Assembly (NCBI GenBank): GCA_963768055.1
Contig: CAVYGN010000001.1
Location: 1,536,001 to 1,600,000, forward strand
DNA: 64,000 nucleotides
From: an uncultured Spirochaetota bacterium
GTDB lineage: Bacteria > Spirochaetota > Brevinematia > Brevinematales > JAOACQ01
Direction: 5' to 3'
Shown: positions 18,676 to 27,838 of the stretch, in pieces
Numbering within the stretch: the first letter of the stretch is position 1
How the letters are laid out: every line of letters starts with the position of its first letter
Made by a program: the position numbers and the translations under genes
The notes under the pieces: model-generated
Seen by the model: the letters and a program-made list of their open reading frames with translations, nothing else
Databases searched by the model: none
What the model was told of the DNA's origin: nothing

Positions 18676-20816
18676 CAGTCTATCACCTCTATACTCGAAA
18701 TAAAATTACCCATGAGGTTCTGCACGCCGGTCCTGTCAAACCTGACCGTAAGCAGTTTATCCGAAGCGAAAGTGACTTTTCCCCTGCCGAAAGTCCTGTG
18801 AAAGACAATGTCGCCGGCCTTTATTTCACTTATGTCCGATACCGGCCTTCCATGGACGGCATCTTCTCTTTTAAAACGTTCTCCCGCTCTGACGAACGAT
18901 CCGCCTTCCTGGACCTGGACATATTCGCCGGGAATGTCCCTCAGGAACGGCGAAGGCAGGCAGTTCTCGACATTTCCATATTTCATACGCCTTTCGGAAT
19001 ACGACAAATAAAGCCTCTCCCTTGCCCTTGTTATGCCCACATAAAACAGCCTTCTCTCCTCATTCAATTCGGACGCCGAATAGAGGCTCGAAGTATGGGG
19101 AATAAGGCCGGCATTAACGCCGCTTATAAATACAATTTTGAATTCCAGTCCTTTGGCGTTATGTATTGTCATAAGAGACACATAATCCCTGCCGTCGTCG
19201 CTTTCCAGTTCGTCGGAACCGGCCTGCAGGGTAATATCGTTAATGAAATCCTGGATCAGGGCATCGGGATTGGAATTCTCATATTCCTTTACAGAATTAA
19301 TAAGTTCTTCGACGTTTGCCCAGCGGTCAAGGCCGTCTTCATCAAAGTTGAGAATGTATTCCCTGTATCCGATGGAATCTATCAGTACCTTGACGAAATT
19401 CATGGGCGTCATTTTACCTGACGATTCATTTAACTCCTTAAGTATATTCCCCAATTCCCTCATCGGCGCGCCGGGGGCAAACTGTAAACCTTCCGGGCCC
19501 AGCAGTATTTCAATAAAAGACATATTAAGACTGACGGAGGCTTTTATTATCTTATCCAGAGTCGCTTCCCCGATCTTCCTTTTCGGTACATTTACTATCC
19601 TCTCGAGGGAAGCGCTGTCGTATGGATTTATTATTAGTTTTATGTATGAGAGAATATCCTTTACTTCCTTCCTGGCATAAAATTTCTGTCCGCCGAATAC
19701 TTTATAAGGGATATTATGGAAAAGCAGCGATTCCTCGAGAAGCCTTGACTGGGCGTTGGTCCGGTAAAATACCGCTATATCCCTGTAATCATGATCCGCC
19801 AGGAGCTTATCTATAGCGTCCACGATCCTGCCGGCCTCTTCCTTATCGGTAATGGCCTCGATAATGGTTATCTTTTCTCCGGGTTTACTGCTGGTCCATA
19901 ATTTTTTATCTATCCGCCCCTCGATCTTTTCTACGACCGCATGCGCGGTCGAGAGGATCACACCGGTCGACCTGTAATTCTGTTCAAGCAGTATGATCCT
20001 TGCCTTGTAATGGTCCTTGAAATCGTTAATATTTTCGACATTGGCACCCCTCCAGCTGTATATCGACTGGTCGTCGTCGCCGACTGCGCAGATATTATCG
20101 GTCGGAGGACAGAAGAGTTTTATAAGCTCATATTGAGCCTCGTTTGTGTCCTGGAACTCATCTATCATGACATATTGCCACAGCGATTGATAAACCGCCC
20201 TTATCTTTTCATTTTCCAGGAATATTTTTATCGGAAGGGAGATCAGATCCGGAAAATCAACTGCCTTATTTCTCCTGAGAATTTTTTCATAATCATTGAA
20301 AACTATAGCCGCAGCCTCGTCTATGGCGGTAACCGCCCTGTTTTTAAACCCGGCGGGGGTAATAAGCGAATCCTTGAGGCTCGATATCCTGTCGGCTATG
20401 CCTGCGGGATTATATGTTTTCGCATCTATCCCCCGGTCTTTCATAATGCTCCTGACAAGGCTCTTCGAATCCGAGGAGTCGTATATGACAAAATCCCTGG
20501 GATACCCTACAGCATCGGGGTTTCTCCGGAGGATCATCACTCCAGTGGAATGAAACGTCCTGACCCATGAATTCGAAGCGTCGATGCCGGAAAGGGCTGA
20601 AATCCTTTCCTTCATCTCCCCGGCCGCTTTATTTGTAAAGGTCACTGCGAGAATATTATGCATAGTTATTTTTTTCATCTTTAAAAGATAGGCGAACCTG
20701 TGAGTTATGACGCGGGTTTTACCGCTCCCCGCCCCCGCAAGTACGAGGAGAGGGCCCTCGGTATGCTCGACGGCTTCCCTTTGCTTTTCATTTAAAGAAT
20801 CAAGGATTAAATCCAT
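18675..20816 (-). CDS. uvrD: ATP-dependent DNA helicase UvrD/PcrA
   Basis: AGAGSGKT, TFTNKAA, DEFQDTN, VGDDDQSIY, EERRLFYVGITRA. Confidence 0.95.
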   Translation of the reverse strand: MDLILDSLNEKQREAVEHTEGPLLVLAGAGSGKTRVITHRFAYLLKMKKITMHNILAVTFTNKAAGEMKERISALSGIDASNSWVRTFHSTGVMILRRNPDAVGYPRDFVIYDSSDSKSLVRSIMKDRGIDAKTYNPAGIADRISSLKDSLITPAGFKNRAVTAIDEAAAIVFNDYEKILRRNKAVDFPDLISLPIKIFLENEKIRAVYQSLWQYVMIDEFQDTNEAQYELIKLFCPPTDNICAVGDDDQSIYSWRGANVENINDFKDHYKARIILLEQNYRSTGVILSTAHAVVEKIEGRIDKKLWTSSKPGEKITIIEAITDKEEAGRIVDAIDKLLADHDYRDIAVFYRTNAQSRLLEESLLFHNIPYKVFGGQKFYARKEVKDILSYIKLIINPYDSASLERIVNVPKRKIGEATLDKIIKASVSLNMSFIEILLGPEGLQFAPGAPMRELGNILKELNESSGKMTPMNFVKVLIDSIGYREYILNFDEDGLDRWANVEELINSVKEYENSNPDALIQDFINDITLQAGSDELESDDGRDYVSLMTIHNAKGLEFKIVFISGVNAGLIPHTSSLYSASELNEERRLFYVGITRARERLYLSYSERRMKYGNVENCLPSPFLRDIPGEYVQVQEGGSFVRAGERFKREDAVHGRPVSDISEIKAGDIVFHRTFGRGKVTFASDKLLTVRFDRTGVQNLMGNFISSIEVID

Positions 20817-20864
20817 AAGGTAGACCCCAAACGAAGTGATAGTCAAATCGGGAGATATTATAAA

Positions 20865-20946
20865 GGGCAGTTCTAATAACTCAAGAATATCACCCTTTGC
20901 GCAAAAAATTTGCTATAACTTTAATACATGCCATATGGGCGCTTCC
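20865..20946 (+). mobile_element. Truncated MITE-like copy (right TIR missing)
   Basis: GGGCAGTTCTAATAACTCAAGAATATCACCCT...ATGGGCGCTTCC matches the 3641 copy. Confidence 0.6.
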
Positions 20947-21000
20947 AGACGGGGATAAATTGGAGAAATTTTGTTTTCTCTTATAAAACATAACCTGGGA

Positions 21001-22854
21001 TTATAAACCGGATTTCCTGAATTCCAGCAGATAAGCGGTGCTGTCATAAGGTAAATAGGCAGGGTGTATCCGGCTATAATTTACAAAATCAAAGCCAAGT
21101 GAATGGTAACTATTTGTCAAGCCCGGTAAATCTTTTTCAATGTCGGGTTTCTCATAAATTTCAAAAATTCTTTGATTGGTAATTTTATCGAAGAATTTCT
21201 GGAATTGAATACGGTACAACGGTGTTGGGGAGTTATAATCAAACCTGAATATCGGGACATTATCTTTTAATAGTGCTGAACAGCCTGTCCAACTGCGTGT
21301 TATTATCCACATATCAATCTTTTTAATTAGTTTAATTTCATCCTTTCCAGTTACAGTCCTGTCTTTTCCGATCATAGAAATATTTGAGATATAACCGGGA
21401 ATATCCTTGTAAAAAGGTTGCCGCCATCCCCAATCACGGCCCTTGTAAATGTAAAGGCCGTAGCAGAATAACACCTGCATTGAAAACAGAAAAAGAATCA
21501 TTATTCCCGGAGGCCGGGTATTTTTTTTATCCGGGGCCGCAAGCCATTCCAGGCAAATAAGCGACAGGAATATTCCACTTATGACCTCAATAAATAAACC
21601 ATAGCGGATATATCCGGTAGTAAATCCCCATAAAAATCCTGTGCAAAGGATTAAATAGGATAAGATTTTTATGATTTTGCCAGAAATGTCTCTTTTCAGT
21701 ATCACGGCAACAGAAAGAATCAGAGCAGTACAATATCCAAGGAACATCCTTCCACTGTAGACATTCAATTCCGAGAGCCTTTTTGGTACAATGAAACAGT
21801 ATGCGGGCCAGAACAGATATTCAAATATATTTTTTGCTGGCCCCCATCTCATGTCTTTATCCGGGGAAGATGAAATTAGACAATACGGCGACTGGAATAA
21901 TTTATTAAAGAAAGGAAAAACAGGGTTACCCGTGTTTATATAATTAAATATAATATAAATTGATACTGGTAAAAAAAATAAAATTGAGCTAACAAGAAGG
22001 GTTTTCAAATTTATGCCTTTCCGGCTCCTGAACAGGAAGAAACCCAGAAGAATTAAAATAAAAACAACAGCAGTGAATTTCATGGACAAGGCAAAGCCTG
22101 AAAGTATGGCGCAATAATAAAACCATTTTGGGCTGTCATCTTCCCGGCATATTATCAGTTTAAAGACTTCCAATAATAAAGGTATAAATAAGAGGTCTAC
22201 GAGATATGTTGCGAAATTAATCAAAATAAATTCAGTGGAAATAACCAATAAAGCAAAAATACCCAATAAAAAGTCGCTAATTTTAATATTTTTCGATCTG
22301 GCATAGAGTAATAAAAAATCTTTTACCTGTTTATAAATCAGGATAACTACCAAAAAATTTAGTAAAGTTCCGGCACGGTATCCCAGAACTTCCCTGAATA
22401 GATAAAAAAGCCGGTCTGACAGAGGAAATAAAAAGGAGTAGAGCGAAACCGGGAAGAAATGATAAGTAAAGTTACTTTTGAATTGAAAATTCTGGAAAAA
22501 AAGATGGTAGTTGCGGGTATCAAAATTGGTATCCGGGTATGGTAAACGCATTAAGAATAAAGTAAGTAAAGAGAAAAACGCCAGATAATCGATTAAATCA
22601 AATCTGTCCGCTTCAATTTTTATTATATTTATTAAAATTAAAATCAGGATTAAACTGTAAATAATTATGAGTAAAACGGGTATAAAAGGATTTGTTAGAA
22701 AGAAAGAAGCCATAAAGTGAAAAAGGTCAATGCTGAATACAAAAAGGATATAAAAAAGATAAATTAACAAAAAAAGCGGGATTGGTATTCTATTTTGATT
22801 ATCGTTAATCCGGATTATTCTGTAAACAGACTTTAAAGAACTCATTATATTCAC
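21001..22854 (-). CDS. Polytopic membrane protein, probable GT-C glycosyltransferase
   Basis: Many TMs; FDTRNYHL, LSMKFT, TGNPVFPFFN motifs; AT-rich. Confidence 0.6.
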   Translation of the reverse strand: MNIMSSLKSVYRIIRINDNQNRIPIPLFLLIYLFYILFVFSIDLFHFMASFFLTNPFIPVLLIIIYSLILILILINIIKIEADRFDLIDYLAFFSLLTLFLMRLPYPDTNFDTRNYHLFFQNFQFKSNFTYHFFPVSLYSFLFPLSDRLFYLFREVLGYRAGTLLNFLVVILIYKQVKDFLLLYARSKNIKISDFLLGIFALLVISTEFILINFATYLVDLLFIPLLLEVFKLIICREDDSPKWFYYCAILSGFALSMKFTAVVFILILLGFFLFRSRKGINLKTLLVSSILFFLPVSIYIIFNYINTGNPVFPFFNKLFQSPYCLISSSPDKDMRWGPAKNIFEYLFWPAYCFIVPKRLSELNVYSGRMFLGYCTALILSVAVILKRDISGKIIKILSYLILCTGFLWGFTTGYIRYGLFIEVISGIFLSLICLEWLAAPDKKNTRPPGIMILFLFSMQVLFCYGLYIYKGRDWGWRQPFYKDIPGYISNISMIGKDRTVTGKDEIKLIKKIDMWIITRSWTGCSALLKDNVPIFRFDYNSPTPLYRIQFQKFFDKITNQRIFEIYEKPDIEKDLPGLTNSYHSLGFDFVNYSRIHPAYLPYDSTAYLLEFRKSGL

Positions 22855-22959
22855 TACATTAACCTCTGGAGTTTAAAATAATTTTAAAGTAAGATTATGT
22901 TTATCACAAACTAATAAATGTAAAAAATATGGTGAAAAATCTTCAATGAATAAGACCGT

Positions 22960-23355
22960 GTCCTATTCCTCCAAATTAAAGACAATATGCAACACTATTT
23001 GAAGAAAATTTTTTACGCACCTTATGAAGAAAACGTAAGAACTGCCATCGAAAAACAGCTATTAAAAGTCCACAGTCCATAGTCACAAGTCATCAGGTCT
23101 TATTCCCACCGAATTAAAGACATTATATGCAATTCTATATGAAGTTAATTTTTTTATGCGCATTATGAAGTAAGCGTAAGAACTGCCGCTGAAAAACGGC
23201 ATAGCAAACGCTAATCAGGAATCGATTATTGTAATTAATCGATTCTTATAAATAATAAAATTTCTAAAATAAAAAAGCATTCCATCAGCGTTTGCTTGCC
23301 GTCTTGAAGCGATGCAGTTCAAGTTTTCGAATAGCGAGATAAAAATTGACTTCAT
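22960..23355. repeat. Three diverged ~70-120 bp non-coding units (two direct, one inverted)
   Basis: Units 22960-23059 and 23097-23215 share AATTAAAGACA..TATGCAA..TGAAG..TTATGAAG..CGTAAGAACTGCC; 23284-23355 on the minus strand shares ATGAAGT.AATTTTT, GAACTGC, ACGGCA.AGCAAACGCT. Confidence 0.65.
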
Positions 23356-23456
23356 CCGGAAGAATGTTGTTTGATCGTCCCTTGATAATTTCCCCCCGAT
23401 TTATTAAATTATCATAAAAGCACCGATAAGATAAAATATAATATACGGAGGGAGAG

Positions 23457-23768
23457 ATGAGGGAGTTCATAAAAGACGAAGACGGTATCCATTGTCAATA
23501 TACAGTCAAGCATGGCGATAAACAGGATTCCTATTCCTGCACTGTCGAGAGTTTAAGCGAAAGGGCGGTGGATTTTTTAGCCGAAGAGGACGAGGGCTTC
23601 AAGGCCGGCCCGAAGGGCGGCGTCAGGCCCGGGATGACGATCCATGTAGAACTCTCGGAATTATCCCTGCCATGCAAGGTGACCTATGTTGAAACGGGAA
23701 GGGTCGGCGCGAATTTCATCGATTTAACGCCTGTGCAGAAAGAAGAGTTGAAAAAAATCGCGTTTTAA
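23457..23768 (+). CDS. PilZ-like domain protein
   Basis: SLSERAV (degenerate D/NxSxxG), CKVTYV...VGANF..L; GGAG RBS. Confidence 0.55.
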   Translation: MREFIKDEDGIHCQYTVKHGDKQDSYSCTVESLSERAVDFLAEEDEGFKAGPKGGVRPGMTIHVELSELSLPCKVTYVETGRVGANFIDLTPVQKEELKKIAF

Positions 23769-23774
23769 GAATGT

Positions 23775-23806
23775 TTAACCACGGATGGACACAGATAAAC
23801 ACAGAT
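23775..23806 (+). repeat. Left 32-bp inverted repeat of the GxxExxY cassette
   Basis: TTAACCACGGATGGACACAGATAAACACAGAT. Confidence 0.8.
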
Positions 23807-23831
23807 TATTCAGATTATTTCATAACTAATA

Positions 23832-24206
23832 TCAGTTCATCATACGCTTAATTTCAATTTTTTGTTTTCCAAAATTAATAATCAAACCTACACGTTTATT
23901 ACTTGCTTTTAAATAATTTAATAATTGAGCTTGATGATTCTCATCTATATTCTTCGCTACTTTTAATTCCACAATAACTTCATCTTCTACATAAATATCT
24001 GCATAATATTCCCCAACCTGTAAACTATCATAATAAACATTCAAAGGTTTTTGTTGAATAGCCGATAAGCCGGTCTTTTTTAACTCGATGCACATTGCAT
24101 TTTCATAGACTTTTTCTAAGAAACCTGTGCCCAATTTGTTGGAAACATTATATGCAGCACCAATAATCTTTTCAGTTATTAAATTTAATTCTTCAGTTTT
24201 TTTCAT
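23832..24206 (-). CDS. GxxExxY protein (PD-(D/E)XK-like family)
   Basis: GTGFLEKVYE, YYADIYVE, VELK, AQLLNYLK, GLIINFG. Confidence 0.93.
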   Translation of the reverse strand: MKKTEELNLITEKIIGAAYNVSNKLGTGFLEKVYENAMCIELKKTGLSAIQQKPLNVYYDSLQVGEYYADIYVEDEVIVELKVAKNIDENHQAQLLNYLKASNKRVGLIINFGKQKIEIKRMMN

Positions 24207-24263
24207 TTTAATCCGGTTATTAGATTTAATTATACAGATAACAACAGAAATAAGCATTTTCCC

Positions 24264-24295
24264 ATCTGTGTGCATCCGTGTTTATCTGTGGTTAA
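24264..24295 (-). repeat. Right 32-bp inverted repeat of the GxxExxY cassette
   Basis: Reverse complement TTAACCACAGATAAACACGGATGCACACAGAT, 26/32 identical to the left repeat. Confidence 0.8.
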
Positions 24296-24311
24296 TTATC
24301 CTGTTTAAATC

Positions 24312-25940
24312 CTAATTGAATTCTATTAAAGAAGGCTCATAATCTTCCGGTTTTTCATAGCCCAGAAGGTTGCAAATGGTAGCCGCGACGTTAGCGAGCC
24401 CCTTATGAGGGAGCGCAGACATTATATACTCGTTATTATAATTCGGGTCGGCTATCGCGAATGGGACCGGGTTCAGCGTATGGGATGTTTTTACCTCCCT
24501 GACCCCGTTCTTCTCGATGAACATCTCGTCAGAATTTCCATGGTCTGCGGTCACTATTGTTATTCCACCAAGCGCATTTACCGTATCGACGAGCCTGCCT
24601 ACGCATTCGGAAACGCATTCTACAGCGGCTACCGCGGCGCTCATAATCCCTGTATGACCGACCATATCTCCGTTGGCAAAATTAAGTCTTCCGAATCTGT
24701 ATTTCCCTGATTTAAGCAATTCAATGGTTTTCTCGGTAATCTCATATGCCTTCATCTTAGGGGTCTTATCGAATTGAACCCTGTCCGATGGAATTTCAAT
24801 GTAAGTTTCAAGGGATTCGTCGATATACCCTGAATTATTGCCGTTCCAGAAATAGGTAACGTGCCCGAATTTTTGCGTTTCGGAAATTGCGAAAGAGGTT
24901 ACCTTTTGGGCGCAGAGGTATTGGCCTACAGTCCGGTCGATTTCAGGAGGATTGACAAGAAAATTTTTCGGCAGATGAAGGTCCCCGTCATATTCCATCA
25001 TTCCGGCATAAAAAACATCCGGTTTTCTGCGTCGTTCGAATCCCTTGAAATCTTCGTATTCGAACGACATGGAAATTTCAATGGCCCTGTCTCCGCGAAA
25101 ATTAAAAAACACGACACTGTCTCCGTCATTTATCGTTCCCGCCGGAACGCCTTTATCTGCTATGACAAAAGACGGCAGATATTGATCGGTTATAGCCGGG
25201 TCTTCCCTGTAATAAGTCTCGACGGCTTCCCCGGCCGATGAGAACTGTCTTCCGATCCCGAGGACATGCGCGTTCCACCCTCTTTCGACTACGCTCCAGT
25301 CGGCAAAATACCTGTCCATAGTTGTTACCATTCTGCCTCCGCCGGAGGCTATTTTATAATCGAATCCTTTATCAGAGTTTATTTTTTTGAGGACATTTTC
25401 AAGTTTATCTATGTATGCCAGGGCTGATTTTTCAGGCACATCCCTCCCGTCAAGAAGGACATGCACCCTGACATGCGCTACATTTTCGTCTGAGGCTTTG
25501 TGGAGCATTGCGAACAGCTGCTCTATATGCGAATGAACATTGCCGTCGGATAACAGCCCGATAAAATGCAGTATATGGCCGTTACTGCAGCAGCCGGAAA
25601 CAAGCCTTTTCCAGGTTTCATTTTTAAATATGCTGCCGTCGCCGATAGCAAGGTTGACCCTTTTAGCGCCCTGGGCAAATACCCTGCCCGCTCCAAGAGC
25701 ATTATGGCCTACTTCGCTATTGCCCATATCGTCGTCCGAAGGCAGGCCGACAGCCTTGCCATGGGCCTGGAGGGTCGTGTAAAGCGGGCCCTTAAAGAGC
25801 TTATCAAGAGCGGGTTTTTTTGCCATATATACGGCGTTTCCCGGATATTCCCTCCCTATGCCTACACCGTCCATTATTATCAATAGAAGGGGTCCCTTTC
25901 TACCCTGAAACTTTATTAATCTATTAAGTTTAAATCCCAT
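24312..25940 (-). CDS. gpmI: 2,3-bisphosphoglycerate-independent phosphoglycerate mutase
   Basis: MGNSEVGH, SDGNVHSH, LDGRD, NGDMVGHTG, TADHGN. Confidence 0.96.
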   Translation of the reverse strand: MGFKLNRLIKFQGRKGPLLLIIMDGVGIGREYPGNAVYMAKKPALDKLFKGPLYTTLQAHGKAVGLPSDDDMGNSEVGHNALGAGRVFAQGAKRVNLAIGDGSIFKNETWKRLVSGCCSNGHILHFIGLLSDGNVHSHIEQLFAMLHKASDENVAHVRVHVLLDGRDVPEKSALAYIDKLENVLKKINSDKGFDYKIASGGGRMVTTMDRYFADWSVVERGWNAHVLGIGRQFSSAGEAVETYYREDPAITDQYLPSFVIADKGVPAGTINDGDSVVFFNFRGDRAIEISMSFEYEDFKGFERRRKPDVFYAGMMEYDGDLHLPKNFLVNPPEIDRTVGQYLCAQKVTSFAISETQKFGHVTYFWNGNNSGYIDESLETYIEIPSDRVQFDKTPKMKAYEITEKTIELLKSGKYRFGRLNFANGDMVGHTGIMSAAVAAVECVSECVGRLVDTVNALGGITIVTADHGNSDEMFIEKNGVREVKTSHTLNPVPFAIADPNYNNEYIMSALPHKGLANVAATICNLLGYEKPEDYEPSLIEFN

Positions 25941-26005
25941 AACTTCCTCCAAATTACAGCACAAGTACCCGTAATTTTAAATGATCGGGGGTTTTATATC
26001 AAAAA

Positions 26006-27643
26006 TTACACCTGTTCCATCATTATCATCCCCCTGACATCTTCAAGAAAATCCCCGAGTTCGGCAGAATCTGCAAAATTCCCGACAATTTCAAAAAGTT
26101 TCGACCTCTGGGTATGTTTCCAGTCGGCCATAGTCGCTGAAATCCCTTTTAAAATAAAGGATACCCCCTGAACCGATACATGACCCATAGTTTTCACGAT
26201 TATCTCGCTGCAAAGTTCGGAAATAAAAAATGTATCTACGTAAGAACCCAGGACATCCTGAATAGGCGGAAGCAGATCGTAAAATTTTTTTTCTTTCGAA
26301 GATAATAAACCGGAAAAAAAATCGATCGAATACCTTAATTTCTTAAAACGAATTCTCATTTTATGGATTGATTCGTCGGAAGCGTTCTCGTAATTCTTAA
26401 CGAACATCTCGGCGGATTTGACCGTTTCTCCCGCGCTTCGCAAAAGAATTTCCCGTACGGTTTTTCTTGTAATATCCCCGGATACGCTCATATAATCGCG
26501 CCTCAGGAAACCGTTTTTTATTAAATTATCCGTCCGTTCGAGGAAATGTTTGAAGCGGTAGGAATGCAGCATTGAAAGCATCTCCGTCCTCCTTTCCTCA
26601 CGAAGGTGAACTATCTCGCTGTCAATCACCTTTATCAGTTCGGTGTTGTTTCCCAGTATTTCAGCGGGAATGAATTCCTTGACCTTGCTTGAGAAAACAT
26701 CTATATCCCTTACCTTTCCTAGTACAAGAGTAATCCATCTTAAATTATTCTTCAGATAATTAAAATCGTTTGAAGTCAGTGTAAACCGGAAAAATTGCAG
26801 TGCGCTCCTGAGTTTCCTTAAGGCGACCCGCATATCATGGATATACTCGTCATCGATACCTATTTCCGCGCCGTAAAAATTTTTAAGGGCGATATTGAAA
26901 TAATATCCGAAGATCTTTTTAGCTGTAGAGGATGTAGATTCATCCCCGTTTAACTTCAATCCCGTTGTTTTTTTTAAATTAAAACCGAACCCGGCAAGAG
27001 ACCTTTCCAGTTTGTTCTTTTCCGTCGGCTTAAGGCCCGGTTCTTTCGAAATTAAAGACCCCAGCTCCCTGAAAGGCCCGTCTCCCGATCGGGCTTCCAG
27101 CAATGATTCCAGTTCAAGTTCTGTAAAATTATAAGGCATGGGGGAAAATTCCCTTCCGGCCGGCAGGAGAAGATTGGACTCAGCATGATCCAGAGTCAGC
27201 TCTGAAATATTGCCCCTGTATTTTATTTCCCATTTAGTTCTCTTATCGTTTATTGCAATAACAGCTGCCAAATCTCCCGGAATTATAAATCCGAACTGTT
27301 CTAAAAAAAAATCCCTGACCTTTTTTTCCTCAAACCTTGCAAAAGCGTCCGGCTTCTTTTCCTTTCGGTCTATTAACCATTCCGTTCTTGACAGAAAGGC
27401 GTTATCAGATTTTTTCGGCTGAAATTTAACCTCAATTTTCAAATCGTCGGAAATTCTAAGGCGGCAGCCAAACCCCGCCAGAAACAGGCTTAAATCCCTG
27501 GTGTCATAATACCGGTCGGAATACTCTTTTTCACCCAGGCATTTTATCCCGATCTTTTTCCCCGGCCTTTCCGACAGCCTGCCGATAAGGGAATCAATAT
27601 TGAAAAGTTCTCCCGTATTCCATTTAAATTCTTTCTCAAGCAT
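26006..27643 (-). CDS. CYTH + CHAD domain protein (polyphosphate-related)
   Basis: N-terminal EKEFK and YYDT..L; IHDMRVALRKLRS, VRDIDV, HKMRIRFKKLRY. Confidence 0.88.
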   Translation of the reverse strand: MLEKEFKWNTGELFNIDSLIGRLSERPGKKIGIKCLGEKEYSDRYYDTRDLSLFLAGFGCRLRISDDLKIEVKFQPKKSDNAFLSRTEWLIDRKEKKPDAFARFEEKKVRDFFLEQFGFIIPGDLAAVIAINDKRTKWEIKYRGNISELTLDHAESNLLLPAGREFSPMPYNFTELELESLLEARSGDGPFRELGSLISKEPGLKPTEKNKLERSLAGFGFNLKKTTGLKLNGDESTSSTAKKIFGYYFNIALKNFYGAEIGIDDEYIHDMRVALRKLRSALQFFRFTLTSNDFNYLKNNLRWITLVLGKVRDIDVFSSKVKEFIPAEILGNNTELIKVIDSEIVHLREERRTEMLSMLHSYRFKHFLERTDNLIKNGFLRRDYMSVSGDITRKTVREILLRSAGETVKSAEMFVKNYENASDESIHKMRIRFKKLRYSIDFFSGLLSSKEKKFYDLLPPIQDVLGSYVDTFFISELCSEIIVKTMGHVSVQGVSFILKGISATMADWKHTQRSKLFEIVGNFADSAELGDFLEDVRGMIMMEQV

Positions 27644-27668
27644 AAAAATATCTATTACCTTTATTTAA

Positions 27669-27838
27669 GGGCACTTCTAATAACCGCCTTTTCACCGGAC
27701 AAGCCGGTACAAGCAAGGCGGATAGGTTGTGCACCTGTCCTGGTGAATGGCTCCAGGACAGGCACCAGGGCCCATTGGGCGATTTAATTATAATTAGAAC
27801 GCATAATGTAAGCAACATCGCGGTTATTGGAACCGCCC
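27669..27838 (-). mobile_element. MITE-like element (GGGC-TIR family), longest copy
   Basis: GGGCACTTCTAATAACCGC...GCGGTTATTGGAACCGCCC, TTAA/TTAA flanks; reverse orientation to the 12189 copy. Confidence 0.78.

Noticed and set aside
22960..23355. CRISPR array, integron attC array or c-di-GMP riboswitch
   Set aside because: Units are ~100 bp and diverged with no repeat-spacer pattern; no cas or integrase gene; no RYYYAAC/GTTRRRY ends; GEMM consensus not matched.
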